Shown here piece by piece: positions 14,180 through 30,046 of a stretch of 64,000 nt of DNA. Where the stretch lies: the NCBI RefSeq assembly GCF_009914755.1, contig NC_060947.1; one strand, given 5' to 3'. The stretch comes from the human T2T-CHM13v2.0 reference genome, Homo sapiens. The notes below the pieces were generated by a model. The model was given only the letters and a program-made list of their open reading frames with translations. It searched no databases and was not told the DNA's origin. Within the stretch, counting starts at the first letter, position 1; the number at the start of each line of letters is the position of its first letter. The position numbers and the translations under genes were made by a program.

Positions 14180-14407
14180 TTGGGCTCTTAATTTGGATAA
14201 AAATTATGGCCATAGTACCTTTTCTAAGAGACCACATCCCCTCAAAGTTATGTAAAAGAGAAGTGGCATGACTTCATTGCTTATCCTATGGAGAATGAGG
14301 AAACCCCTTCTCCTCCCTAGATTGGGGATGCTGAGAGGGAGTAGGCGGTGTGGCCTGAGGGATAAGAGCAAAATGAGGGGTGGTGAATCCAACAATTAGA
14401 TACTCAT

Positions 14408-14821
14408 TGTGTTAGTACACTTTGTATTGATATAACAGAATATCTAAGACTGGGTAATTTATAAAGAAGAGGTTTATTTAGTTCACAGTTCCACAGGCTG
14501 GGCAGTTGAAAAGGCATGGCACCAGTATCTGCACAAGGGGAGTGAGCCCGTGAAAAGAGATCACGTGGTGAGAGAGGAAGCAAAAGAGAAGAACCAAGGA
14601 AGCCAGACTTCTCTTTTTTAACAACCACTCTTATGGGAACTAATCGATTCCCACAAGTTAGTAAGAACTAACTCACTCACCCCATAGAGAAGATGTTAAT
14701 CTGTTCATGAAGGATTTAATCCCCTGACCTCCCACTAGACCCTACCTACCACCACTGCCAAATTGGGGATAAAATTTCAAGATGAGTTTTGGCAAAGACA
14801 AACTATATCCAAACCATGGCA
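14408..14821 (-). mobile_element. MST-family MaLR LTR
   Basis: tataacagaatatctaagactgggtaatttataaagaagaggtttatttagttcacagttcc...tatccaaaccatggca. Confidence 0.85.
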
Positions 14822-15153
14822 CTCATATTCCAAAGAATATGAGCTGAGTGTCACAATGAGGTTAATATTCCTAACATTAATGGTACTATGGGTGAATACA
14901 ATGAATATATGTATGAAATGTAAAATTCTACTCAAAACAAAAATACTCAACCAATCATTTACAACACCTGATTAGCTTCATTATTGTAAATTGCACACAT
15001 GGATAATGATCCCCCAATGTTTTATTACTATTTAATTATGACTCTGGATTTGAAAACATCATCATCATACATTCATAAGGGAGAGGGAAGTGCAAATTCA
15101 TGCAATTCTTGGAATTTCTTTGATCATCTCCTTTCTTAATTGTAAAAGATCTG

Positions 15154-15568
<415 letters not shown>

Positions 15569-15629
15569 TTACTGGTCCTCTAATCAGATTCCAGAATATT
15601 ACCAGTAATCTAGTGGTCTCCCATGTACT

Positions 15630-16740
<1,111 letters not shown>

Positions 16741-17029
16741 TACTTACGTAGAAATACTGTATCTGAGTCAAAAGGAATTACTGAACCACAGCCTTTGCAC
16801 ATGCTGTTCCTATTCCCCCTTACTGAACTACTTATTTACCCTTCTTTTCTCATTTTAAGACTTTAACACAAGTCAGATTAAGACCTCACTGTTCTTTCTT
16901 CTTTGTTTCCCCCAAGTGACTACTTTCTCTAACATAGCTTTACTAGCTTTGTGATTTCTGTTTTCTTGTTATCTGAAAAAAAAGGACTGTTTCATTCTTT
17001 GTCCTCATTGTGACTCCAATGCCTAGCTT

Positions 17030-17280
17030 ATAATAATAGCTAACATACATTGAATGCCAAGCAATGTTCTAAATTATTTAAATAAATAATTTCCCTTTAA
17101 TTCTTACAACTACATGAGGTGTGTGCTATTATTATCCCCATTTTGTAGATAAGGACATTAAAGCACAGATAATTTAAAATATATTGTCCATTGGCACACA
17201 CGGTTAGTAATGGGTAGATACAGGATTCAAACCTAAGTAGTGTGATTTCAGAAACATGCTCTTTGTTACTATGTTGTATG
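17030..17280 (-). mobile_element. MIR inserted in an L2 3' end
   Basis: tattattatccccattttgtagataaggacattaaagcacaga; flanked by L2-like tail aataaatatgtgttcaatgaatg. Confidence 0.75.
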
Positions 17281-17525
17281 GTTATATTTAACAGTAGGCA
17301 AGTAATAAATATGTGTTCAATGAATGGATTATAATTGAAAATTCAATACCATACAAATAATATAATTAAATTTGCTTAACCTAGGTAGTATGATTTCAGA
17401 AACATACTCTTTGTTACTATGTTGTACAGTTATATTTAATAGTAAGCAAGTAATAAATATATGTTTAATGAATGAATTATAATTGAAAATTCAGTACCAT
17501 ACAAATAATATAATTAAATTTGCTC
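17230..17525 (+). repeat. 148-bp tandem duplication (2 copies)
   Basis: Copies begin at 17230 and 17378; 11 mismatches by manual alignment, no indels. Confidence 0.9.
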
Positions 17526-18055
17526 ATTTGAAGAATGTGTTAACTGGGGTTAAGAGGTGAGGTGATTTGCCATGATCACACAGCTAATACTTGCTAAAAT
17601 TACAACATAATTTCAAGTGTGTTGACTGCAATTTCACTGTTCTTACTCCTGCTCCATGTCCTGGATGTGTATTTTCAAAAAGAAACCATTTACTTCTTTG
17701 TAAAACCCTGCTAAACTCTAATGCTTTCAAAAGATAATCATGAGCATAAGCCATTTGTAGTGATAAAAACCGCCCCTTTTAGATACGTGGCATGACAGCT
17801 AAACAAATTTCATGATGAAATCAAAGACTCATGGACTTAGCTATAGAATCATATTGTTATAGCTGAGTAAACCTAACATCCTTCTGAAAAGTGAAAACTT
17901 CAAAGACTTTGAAATATCTGAATGTTTTTCATTGTGAGACCAAACTGAAATTTTCACTTTTCATGTGCTTGTTTGGCACTGTGGCTAGGTTTAAGGCAGC
18001 CTTGATGTATATTGCCCTGATCTGCTCTACTGCTCTTCTTTCTTCCCCTCCCTAG

Positions 18056-18234
18056 GCCAAATACTGCCCACTATTCTTGTCTAGAATGATATTAATACGT
18101 TCAGTCTGCTAAGTCTGATTTAACATAACTTAGGCATTGACAACTATGTCCTGTTTTTTATTTCGTTGTTTTATCAAATACAAACTTACATCAGGAAGGC
18201 CAAATGGAAACAGTTTTGGAAAGGGTTAACTCTG
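18056..18234 (+). other. Candidate spliced exon (179 nt)
   Basis: Branch-like ccctgat, long pyrimidine tract ctcttctttcttcccctccctAG|, consensus donor CTG|GTAAGT; ATG at 18204 is open to the donor (METVLERVNS). Confidence 0.55.
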
Positions 18235-18869
18235 GTAAGTATGTTAAGATTTCATTAATATTTTCCCATCGATTTAATTTATTTTTAACACATTATTTAT
18301 CATGCTATGTTCCGAGGCAATAGACTATACAATTCAGCAATACATCCCTGAATTATAATGAAATATCAGGAAAAGGGCATTAAGACAAAAAGGGAAATAA
18401 GCAATATAACAAGAAGTCATATGTTTTGCTCAATACAATCCAATTTTTATTGATTTCCAATTTCTTATAGTATGACAAAAGAGCAGAAGCTTACCTTTTA
18501 TTATCATATATTTTACTACATCAAATAACACGATTTGACTATTGCAATTCCTGCACCTAGGAGTGTTCCTCATGTACTTTCAGAACTGAATTTGTTAAGG
18601 TGATGACTTCTACATAGGTAAACCTGTGTTTATCATCAAAGCCCTTATTGTGTTAATATTTAATCTGTTATAATATATGCATCACACAATTTTTAAAAAT
18701 AAGCAAATCCAGCTTCTAAGGCTCCTGTACTTGAATTTCTCATTATTCTCTCCACTGTTTATAAGTGAAGTAATTTTCCATAGGAACACTAGGCTTCTTG
18801 TTGCTCATTCATTTACACTCATTGCCCTCTGAAGCCTATGATCTAGTGCTGAAACTAAACAGAGTAATA

Positions 18870-21600
18870 TTTTTTTAATTATGGAAAATTTCAAACATTT
18901 GTAACAGAAGAGAGTATAATATAACGAACCCCCAAGCATACCTCACACAGCCAGCTTTTACCACTATTAATTAAAAGCCCATCTTGTTTCACTTGTAATT
19001 TTATCCTTCTCCTCTTTGGATTATTTTGAAACAAATCTCAATCATTATATCAATTTATCCATAAAATTTTCAGTGTCTGTTTCTCAGCAAAGGACCACTT
19101 TTTGTAAGAAAAGAAATGGCCAATATCATTATCTCAGCTAAAGCAGAAAATCAATTAATTATATCAATGTCCAATTGATGTTCAAGTTTCATTAAATGTT
19201 TTTTTACTTTTTGAAATAGTTGTTGGTTTGAGTCCAGATCCAAGCAGGTCCTTCAAAACGTTGTATTTGTTTTACGTGTCTCTTAAACTTCTTTTAGTCT
19301 ATAAATTTTCCTTGCCCCCTTTTTTATTTCTTGCAGCTTATTGAAGAAAACAGTGATTTTTGGTTCATAGAGTTCCTGATGGCCTGGATTTTACTGATTG
19401 TATCCCTGTGGTATTCAGAAAAGCATGTCCCTCCATCTCCTGAAATGCCTGTGAACTGACAATTTAATCTAGAGGCTTCATTGGATTCAGGTTTATTTGG
19501 CTTTGTTTATTTGTTAAGAATACATAATAGGTGGTATTTAAACCTCTTTTTTCATTGTGTTAGGCTGCTTATTGAGATCAGGTGTTGTCAGAGAGCCCTT
19601 AAAATTTTTCATCTGCTTTTTATTATTTTATTATACGATTCACATTGGTGATATTATTATGTTAACTTTGATATTAATTGGTGATATTTATTTGTTTATT
19701 AACTGGCATTCTAACATTTTTAAGAAAGTTTTTTTAAGATGAACTTTTTCTGTCAACTATTTGGTTACCTGATGTACAGTTCTTCAAAGAAAGTCAGGAT
19801 AAATGCTTGATTCATCTTTTTTCGTCAGTCTTTAAAATAATTAATTAATTAATGATCTTGCATCATTCAAGGATAATCATTAAGTTTTCTTAAGGAGATT
19901 CATAATAAAAATATCTTATATTTATTTAATTAGCTACCATTTCCAGTTCTTCCCATTTATTTGTGTAAATGCAAGCTTTCTTCTGGTATCATTTTCCTTC
20001 TACCTGAAGAATTTCCTTCATCATTTCTTGTAGTGTAGGTTGGCTGGTGATAAATTCTTTCAGCGTTTGTGTGCCTGAAAATGTCTTTACTTTGCCTTTA
20101 CTTTTGAAAGATATTTTCACTTGGTATAGAATTCTAGCTTGAACTTTTTTTTTCCTGTAAGTACTTTAAGACGTTGCTCCACTATTTTTATGCTTGTACT
20201 GTATCCAACAAAAATCAGCTCTTGCCCTTATCTTTGTTCCTCTGTATGTACATGTCTCTTTTCCCTCTGGCTGCTTTAAGGATTTTTCTCTTTATCCCTG
20301 CTTTGAGCAATTTGATTAAGATGCAGTTTTCTTCCTGTTTCTTGTGTTTATATTTCATTTGAGATTCTGGATTCCTTGATTAGTTTTCATTGAATTTGGA
20401 AAATCTTCAGCCATTATTTATTGAAATATGATTTTCTGTCCCCCAGCACTCTCCTTTGGAAACTCCAATTACCTGAAGTTGTTCCACAGCTCACTGATTA
20501 TACTTCATTCATTTATATTTTTTCTTTCTTTGTTTTGTTTCTGATATTTTTTATTGCTATGACTTCAAGTTCACTAATATTTTATCTGCAACATCTAATC
20601 TACTATTAATCCCATCCTGTTAATTTTTCATTAAAGACACTGTAGGCTTCATCTTTAGAAGTTTGATTTTGGACTTTTTAACAGCTTTTATGTCTTTACT
20701 AACTCAGGTATATAGAATGCATTTATAATAATTATTTTCATGCTCTTGTCTGCTAATTCTGAGATCAATGTCATTTCTGGGTCCGTTTCAATTGATTATT
20801 TTTTCTCATTATGAGTCATATATTCTTGCTTCTTTGCATTCTTGATAATCTTTGATTTTTTTCTTTTTTTTTTTTTTTGTATCCCTACAGGGTATTCTTG
20901 AGCTTTGTTCTGATATATAGTTTAGTTGGGAATACTTTGATATTTTTGTTTCTTTGCTTTTTAAGATTTGCTAGGTCAAGCTAGATTAGTGCTAAGTTTA
21001 GGCCAATTTTTCTCCACTATTATGACAAGACCCTTCTGATATTCTACCAAATGCCCCCTAAATCTTGAGATTTCTGCAATCTAGTTGGTGGGAACAGAAA
21101 CCATGCCCAGTCTTGTGTGTGTGTATTGGGCACTGTTGCCTCTAATCAGGTAGTTGTTTCCCTAGGCTTGGGTAGTTTTCTTATACACATGATCAGCACA
21201 TATCTGGATGCTCAGAGAGTCTCTCTACATATGTCTGGATTTCTCTATCTGTGCAACTCTTTCCTCTCTAGTACTTTATTCTGTGGAATTTAGCTATTTT
21301 GGTAGAAATTAGCCATCTTGGTCTCTCTGGTCTCTAAATTCTATTGACTCAATTAGGAAGCCTCACAGGCTCCATCTGGGTTCTAAGTCACTGTATCATG
21401 AACTAAAAGCTCACACAAGGTGGTAATCTTTGGCGTTTATAGGGATTGCCTTGTTTGTTTTCTCTCTGTGTGATCATTCTCTATCATTGCTTGATGTCCA
21501 GTGTACTGAAAACCATCAATGCGTTTATTTTGTGTTTTCATTATTTCAAGCAGAAGAGTAAATCCAGTTTCTGTTATTTAATCTTGGTTAAAAGTTAAAT
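18870..21600 (-). mobile_element. Composite old L1M (L1ME/MC/MD-type) fragments
   Basis: T-rich antisense L1 motifs, e.g. ggtgataaattctttcagcgtttgtgtgcctgaaaatgtc, tttgaaagatattttcacttggtatagaattctag. Confidence 0.7.
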
Positions 21601-21783
21601 TCAGTTTATTATGTATATAAATATATGTATGTAATATGTATAATTATGGACTTTTAACATATTTGATATGTTTCAAATATGTATATTAGTTTTAATACTC
21701 AAATTGTCCCATTTTGGTTGGGGAAAACACCCTACTAGATGGCATTTGACAGACTCCAGGAGTCCTTGCTTTCTTTTCAACAA

Positions 21784-22350
21784 TGTTAGAAATGCTTGTT
21801 CCGCAGTGCTGTAAAGAAATAGCACTTGAACATATATTTAATTTTCTCAGCAAGGCCATTTTTACTTTCTGCACAAAGGGTACACTCACCAGCAGTTTTA
21901 CCATGAGAGTACACTGAACAAAGGAGACAGGGTCATTTATAACTTGACATGTCCAGGTTCCATTGGCTGGAACGGGACCTCATATTCTGTCCTAATTGGC
22001 TAGCAACTTAGAACTTTTCAAAAGAGGCAAAGGCAGAGGAGAACAAAGGAAAGAGGAAGTAACTTGTGGAATGCTGAGAAAGGTAAAAACACTTCCAAAT
22101 AAGGAAGAGGAACAGGATATGACCTAATGCTTGCTTGGACCAGTATAATAAGCATGCCAGGGCAAATATTTAGGCTAAATTCTGGGGGCTAAGAATACAA
22201 AGTACATTGATTGATTTATTATGGCTAGCAGATATCTAGGAATGTTAGCACAGGTCTTTGAATAAATTTTGCTTCTAAGAGAAGTTATTATTTATTCCTA
22301 ATTAGGGAGGAAAGTCTCTTTAAAGAGGAACCTCTACTTTACTTTTTACA
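21784..22350 (-). mobile_element. ERV1 solo LTR (PABL-like from memory)
   Basis: TG...CA termini (tgttagaaatgcttgttcc ... ctctactttactttttaca); 4-bp TSD acaa at 21780-21783 and 22351-22354. Confidence 0.8.
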
Positions 22351-22710
22351 ACAAGATGTTTCAGGCTCATTCTGTACATTTCCTGCGTTAAGTCAGTCAT
22401 TTCTACAAAAATTCAGGAGGCCTGTTCTGAAGAAGAAAGAGAAAAGAATAACCCAGACCTGAGATACTGAAAAAGAAAACTACATATAACGTCAGAAAAT
22501 GTTCTAGACTTATTGGAACACATCTGGAGAATACCCAAAAGCTCAACAGGCAAACCTCAGGCCTGTCACACTTTTTATCATGCTTCTCACTGCCCACGTC
22601 CTGCCCCACCAACACACACACGCACATACACATGCCTACACACACTCACACACCATTCATATCAAACCAAAAATAAATCTTTATTATTAATTGCTCTGGA
22701 TATTGGGAGC

Positions 22711-23074
22711 TTTATTAGTCCGTTTTCACACTGCTATGAAAAAATGCCCGAGACTGGGTAATTTATAAAGAAAAGAGGTTTAATTGGCTCACTATTCTTC
22801 ATGGTTGGGGAGGCCTCAGGAAACTTAGAATCATGGTGGAAGGCACCTCTTCACAGGGTGGCATGAGAAAGAATGAGTGCCAGCAGAGGAAATGCCAGAC
22901 ACTTATAAAACCATCAGATCTTGTGAGAACTCACTCACTATCACAAGAACAGCATGGGGAAAACTGCTCCCATGATTCAATTACTTCCCAACAGGTCCCT
23001 CCCATGACATGTGGGAATTACTGGGATTACAATTCAAGATGTGATTTGGATAGGGACACAGCCAAACCATATCA
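22711..23074 (-). mobile_element. THE1C/D MaLR solo LTR
   Basis: tattagtccgttttcacactgctatg...gggacacagccaaaccatatca; near-perfect 5-bp TSD ggagc/ggggc. Confidence 0.9.
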
Positions 23075-23425
23075 GGGGCAATGGAAAAGAATATCAAATA
23101 TTGACAATTTAGAGCATTAAATATTCAACTTTCATTTCAGAGATTGGACTCCTAGTCACTACTTTTATTATCGGTCTTCTAATATAAGTGGGGAAAAATT
23201 CATAAAAGAGAAAAAGTGTAACACATTTAAATTCTGTGTCTCTAAATTGCTCAACTTTTAATATTTCAGAAGAAAACAACATAGAAAAATGAAATCCATA
23301 AATAATCTATTCAAACTTTTGTTTTCAAAAAATATTTTTGACTTGTATCTTTAGCAAAAAGTTACTACAGTTAGTAAAGGGAAACAGATATGATTGTCTC
23401 ATTTTTCCTTCTTTCTTTCTCCCAG

Positions 23426-23493
23426 GATCATTATTTTGGAAAGTTTGTAAGTGAAAAACAAAAGCTAGTGAGGCAAGAAAATAGCACTGATTG
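23426..23493 (+). other. Candidate small exon (68 nt, or 21 nt with the internal donor)
   Basis: Strong acceptor ttttccttctttctttctcccAG|; donors TTT|GTAAGT (23446) and TTG|GTATGT (23493); one open frame DHYFGKFVSEKQKLVRQENSTD. Confidence 0.45.
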
Positions 23494-26400
23494 GTATGTG
23501 AAGGAGGAGATCAAGTAATCCTTGATAATCAAAAAGTCATGTTGCCCATTGGATAATGCAGGCTCAAAAGAATGTTTGAACAAGCTTCTTCATGTGAATC
23601 TCTGGTTCTCATGCCTTATCTTACATTTGGAAGAATATTGTTTGTGCCATAACGAGAAAGATCTCTTGGGAAGGGAAAAAGCAGTTTAATACTTGTGACT
23701 ATTGAACATTGAGACATATCTAGTACACAACTGTGATATACCAGATTATAAGTCATAAACCATTAGTTAACCTTAATCTCTTTTTCATATTCCAATTTTA
23801 GATTGCTACATTATCCATGCCAGCAATGATCTCTTTCATTTAAAACCCTTGCTATTTAGAAAATTAATCCCATATCCTCCACATTTCGTCTCTCTATCTA
23901 CTGGGGTAAAGGTATGGCCAATCAGGGATAATATATCCCTCTCCAAAAACCTCTGTCATAACCTGATCATTGTTTATGTTAATCTATATTCAGGTAATTT
24001 TGATACAAGAAATATTAATTCAGGATTACAATTAGGATTTTGAATCAAAAGAAAATTCCTTTGAGTATATCTCAGTAATCATAATATAAATAGAATCACA
24101 ACCATGTTTTACTAAATTATTATTTTATATGAGTAACATATATTCAATGTAAAAATGTAGGAAATAGAAATAAGCAAGAAAAATAAATTAAATTGAAATC
24201 ACACACAAAGTCTTTACTGTAAGGTAACTATAGGTAAGATATTGAAGAATACTCTTCCAAACTTTTTCTTATGAAAATATAATCATCTTTTATTTGATTC
24301 AAAATCGGCATTATTTTTGAAACATTTATCTTGTTCTGAAGTGATTTTTGATCTTTTAATTAAAAAATAAAAGCCATATATATACATAATTAAAATTCAA
24401 ATAAGATACTAAGACATAAAATGAAAATTATAAGTCGATCCAGGCCTATATAGCCATTAACATTTTTTAAACATATCAATAATATTTTATAAATTACCAG
24501 CATATACGCCCACATGCATACATATATTCCTTGAGAAAATGGGATCATACTAAACCTACTATTCGATACCTTTGCTTTTTAAAATTAATAATAATATTAA
24601 TCATCACCTTAGAGATACTTCCTTATCAGTATGTAATATTTTCCTTACTCTTTCTTCACTTTTACGAGCACTGATATTCATTCTCTTGGATTATATGCAT
24701 GCAAAGAAGGACTTAACAACTCATGGAAAAGTAATTTAAACTCCTTCAGTGATAAAAAAAAAAAAATGTTTCTCTGGTAAGTTGGATAAACTACCAGCAG
24801 AATAACATGGAGAGTAGTGTTTCCAATGAAATCATTAATTAGAAATATGCAGGCAAAATTATAATAAGAGTATTAAACTGTTTGAGAAACATAAAAGCAG
24901 ATTGCCAAATTATTGTGAATCTTTTTGCATGTCCTTACTGAATGGGATTTATGTTACTTTCATTTATTTCATTTATCCTCCACACTGCTGTGCTATTAGT
25001 CTTTGAGCATGCATATGCTGTGGAACATCCAAATTATTAAGTTTCTGTTTTCTCCTTATCTATTTATTTACTTATTTATCTAATCTATAACCACATCTAC
25101 TCATATAGGAACCCACCTAGTCTCAGAACAATAAAAAAAATGCCTCTCTGGTTTATTAGGGAGAAAGGAGATCTTCAGTTGTAAGTGTGAACCCAAAATA
25201 AGGATTGCACCTGATTGTACTTTTGTTCTTTCGTTTGGATCTGATCTGGTGATTATTTTAATAGCAGGTAGAATTCACTGTTCTCCTCAGGTGGAGGAAG
25301 TGTTTATGGTGGCAGAGAGGACATAAGAGAAATATGCCAGTGCACAACAAAAAAAAAAACAGAATTTTGTTCCTCACAAAGCCTATTGATTACACCTATT
25401 CACTTCCCTGGTAAGTGATGAATAATTTCATTTCTAGCACTGTACTAAATATCTCTTTGTGTATGTGAAAGAAGTTGTAACCACTTCAATTTCACTTTTC
25501 ACTGAGACCTCTTGAATTGTAGATACTTCTAAATAGCAATAATTGAACCATGTCTGTTTCTAAATGTAATGTGCATCATTGCTGCAATAACCTGAAGTGG
25601 AAGAATGAATGGTTGACAGAACTGATAAGCCAATAAGAATAAGAAAAATATCTAGTTTCAGAGTTTTATTTCTGTTCCTCAGTTTTAATCTGTGTGTATT
25701 CTATATCTAAAGTAAATATCCAGGGCTCTCGTCAAAATGCAAAGCACTCAGAAAAGAGTGGAAAATTTTTAGGCATGTTCTGTAGCATTTTGGATGTCAT
25801 CATGTTCTTTCTTACTCCTGAGGGCTTTGAGTCAATTGCGCATTGAGGTACTTATCCCATTTTCTCTTGTTCTAAGAATTTCTTCTGGTGTCACTCAACC
25901 TCTCCCGGATGCCCTTTTAAAACTTTATTCTTGTCAATATCTTTATCTCATTCAAATTGTCAGGACCTGGCTCAGTGACTGCTTGGGGCCCACAGTTCCT
26001 TAGGTTTTGGATTTTCAGGCATTATTTGAAAATAAGCCCGTTCACATCCTATATCTGGGCTGCTGGCAGGTTCATGATCATCTTCACAGTTCAGACAGTG
26101 AGACTCCCCCTCTTTATTATCCCTTAAACCGATGCCATGTGTTCATCCTTCCTAATTTCCTTAAATCCTGAGTTTTCTATTTTGAATTTGTCAGACTCTA
26201 TTCTCCATATTTCTACCATGTTTTTCTGCGGCTGCTCTCTTTGACATTTCACATCAACTAACTAAGGACCATGTGGGTTTTAGTAAACTCATCTCCCTCT
26301 AGATCAATCCATAAAACGATGTAACTCTGGAATTTGAAATCAGATTTCCTTGAACACTTGAAAGGATAATAATGGATATTATTGGATGGAATGGAATAAA

Positions 26401-27200
26401 GGATATTCACCATGTGAGAGGCTTAACCAGAACCTGAAATATGTGCATTCCCAGGGGTAAAAGGCAGCGTTATATTTTCAATGCAATAAAATATTAGGGT
26501 CAGATATCTTGGAATAATGACTTTCTGGCAAGACTGTACAGTGAACCACATTTAAGCTATAAGGTTTCAGATGAAGAATCCAAATTCTGTAGTCAGTTAA
26601 ATGTATGCATTACAGAAGCACTTCTCACTGCATTTCTAATAGGACTATTCCAGTTCTTTTGCTACAAAGGAAAGATTTAAAAAACCTGAAATTCACCAAG
26701 TACGCGGCGTTTTTTTTGTTTGTTTGTTTGTTTAATTTTATTTTTGGAAAATCGGGGAAGAGCTCATTGAATTTTTCTATTTAGGAAATGGTCTCTCCAC
26801 TTGCTTTACATTTGATGTAGTACTGAATGTCAAATTTCAGATTAGTTATTTAGGTTTAATCTTTCAAAGTATACTTATTTTCATTATATATTTTTAATTG
26901 TTCTGAGAACTGAATAAAATTCTTATGAGCAGCCAAGTATGTACGGATAAATGAAATATCTAGGATTTGCTTTAAATAATCCAGCAAGTAAAAACGGGGG
27001 TGTGGATGAAATAATATGTAACAGAGTTGATAAATATTCAAGGTGGGTGTTAAGTGTGTGGTGGTTCATTGTAATCTTTCCTCTACTTTTGTGTATGTTT
27101 GAAAATTTCCATAGTAAAAGCATAAAAAGCTTGAGCATTATTCTGCATATAACCAGAGTATCTCTGACAGTAGCTAAAGTGGTATGTTTAACTTTTTTGA

Positions 27201-27510
<310 letters not shown>

Positions 27511-28868
27511 AAAACTTTCTTAGTGTCAAGGTTACAAACAATCTGCTTAATTAGCAAGATTGCAAAAGCCTGAGTGGGATTTTCTTCCATGAAATATCTT
27601 GCTTATGTAAATCATTAGCACATGACTAAAGTGAGAAGAAACTGTAAAATAGCATTTATATAGCTGGTATTTCCAAAACTGGCCTTGAAATTTTTGCTGT
27701 AGGCCAGTGGAAAGTATTTTTTCCATATAGTGTGATCCTGATTACACTTTTGTTTTAAAAAAGAAGGGGCCGGCTGAGAATAAAAATTTAAACTTTTTTT
27801 TTTTTTGAGAAAAAGTAGGTAGAGGGTATCTTGCTTGAAATACTAGTTGTGCCTAAGTTGGAGTTTTCAGAAGAGTTCCCTGGTTGTAATTTTATTACCA
27901 TAAAAGAATGAGAATCACTAAGGCAAAGTCTTTTCTTCAGTATGTGTCAGATTCTGCTGTTTGTCTCTTTTGTTCTTTATATACTTTGATAATACATCAC
28001 TCTCTTTTGAACACTCTTTATTCATCCCTGGAACAATTCTAATTTATAATAATCCTCAGAGGTGTTGATGCAGTCAATATCGAAGAATAGATTGTCCCAG
28101 ACATTCCTATTGCAGCCTTTGGGGATACTCTAATTAGATTACCAAGAACCTTTCAAAATAGAAGCTCATCTTTAGTCTCCAAACTTGCTGCTTTTCAAGG
28201 AAGTTGTTTTTGCACTTTTCGGTTTCTTTTTTGTGGTGTCTTACTACCTGTAACAGTTCCACTGCTAAAAAACATCATCGATAAGATTCCGTTGATGTCC
28301 GAAGATTATTTTGATGGATTGCACTAGAAATAACCCCCTTTCATCTGCATCCTTACATGATACTTTGTTAATAGTCAGGAAGCTGTTATCTTTTAGAGTT
28401 AACACCAAGTGACTGATTTGCTCTATCTGGTCAAATAACAGAATTTTTAATCTTATGACTTAGCTAAATATTTTTGGAATTCCTCAAGTTTTCTAGTGAA
28501 CCACCAGGTTTACTTTTTTTTTCCTAGAAATTTAAAAGATCTTTTTTTGTTGTTGTTCATTTTGTAAAGCAAGTCTACATGCTATAAATTCAGAGGACAT
28601 GAGGAATAATATTTTGAAAATTGATTTTAGCCAAATATATAAAATACAACTTCACAGAAAGGTTTTCCAGTTAGGGGGAAGAAAGGACTAAAAGACTGTG
28701 GGCATTTTTCACTTCCTGATTTATGAGGGGCGCAGGATTGATCCAGGGACTTTCACCTTTGCTCATTTCACCCTCACTATGGGCAAGAGAATGCAAATTT
28801 ACCTCTAACTTTTGTTTTGTTTTGTTTACCATTTTGTGGCTCATTATTTACCTACAAGAAAATTCATC

Positions 28869-29190
28869 TGCCAGGCATGGTGGCTGGAGCCTGTAATCCT
28901 AGCATTTTGGGAGGCCGAGTCGGGCAGATTGCTTGAGTCCAGGAGTTCCAGAGCAGCCTGGACAATACAGTAAAACACTTTCTCTACAAAATAAAAATAC
29001 AAAAAAAATATTAGATGGGCATGGTGGTGCACACCTGTATTCTCAGCTACTCAGGAGGGAAGCTGAGGTGGAAGGATCATTAGAGCCTGGAAGTTTGATG
29101 CTGCAGTGAGCCAACAACGCACCACTGCACTCTAGCCAGAAGGACAAAGGGAGACTCTGTCTCAAAACTAAAATAAAATAAATTAAAAAT
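28869..29190 (+). mobile_element. AluJ-like
   Basis: gcttgagtccaggagttccag, tgctgcagtgagcc; TSD aaaattcatc at 28859-28868 and 29191-29200. Confidence 0.9.
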
Positions 29191-29199
29191 AAAATTCAT

Positions 29200-30000
29200 C
29201 AATTTTAAGTGCACAATTTAATGAATTTTTGTGATTGTATGCAACTGTATGATTACCATAATGATCATGCTATAGAATTTTTTTCTTCAGGCTAAGAAGT
29301 TTCCAGTGCCCCTTTTCACTATGTCCAATTCCCCTACACCCCCTGTCCCCACCCCAGGTAACCATTGATCTGTTTTCTGGAACTATCGTTTTGCCTCTTA
29401 TACGATTTCAAATACATGAAATCATAGTCTTTTGTGTTTGATTTCTTTCACTTTGCATAATGATTTTGAGATTTATCTATAGTATTGCTACCATCAATAT
29501 TTCATTTATTTTTGATTCTGAGTAGCATGCCAAGGTATGAATATACTACAATTTCTTTATCACTTTACCAGTTGAGCTTCATTTATTGGCTATCATAGAT
29601 AATATGAATATTCATACATAAATAATTCTGTGGCCGTGTTTTCATTCCTCATGGTTAATACCAAGTAGGGGAATTGCTAGGTAGTTTGCTTAACTTCATA
29701 AGGTGTTGCCATACTGTTTTTCATTAAGGTTTCACCATTTTCCATTTTCAACAATAGTGAATGAGAGTTACAGTTACTCTACATCTTTGCCAAAACTTGG
29801 CATTTTCAGTCTTTTTAAATTTGAAGCATTCTGGTAGGTGTGTTAATGTATCTCATTGGGGTTTTAATGTGCATTTTCTGGTGACTACTGATATTGCACA
29901 TCCTTCCAAGGGATTATTATTCATTTATATATTTTCTTTTTAGGAGTGTCCATTTAAATATTTTGCCTATTTTTAATTATGTTGTCTGCCTTCTTATCTC
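29200..30000 (-). mobile_element. L1MB/MC/ME-type 3' fragment
   Basis: ccaggtaaccattgatctgttttctgg...atctttgccaaaacttggcattttcagtc is typical antisense L1M. Confidence 0.8.
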
Positions 30001-30046
30001 TGATGCTGATAACTGCATTAGCATCCCATTGTATAGAATCAGTCTC

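Noticed and set aside
17230-17525. Direct repeat considered as CRISPR-like or minisatellite
   Set aside because: Only two contiguous copies, no spacers, eukaryotic context.
26699-26760. Isolated CpG run tacgcggcg
   Set aside because: Under 10 bp next to a T tract; not enough for a CpG island or promoter call.
28091-28160. Faint resemblance of IVPDIPIAAFG to the C-terminal region of MSL1
   Set aside because: Too short and low in identity, with no flanking similarity; likely chance.
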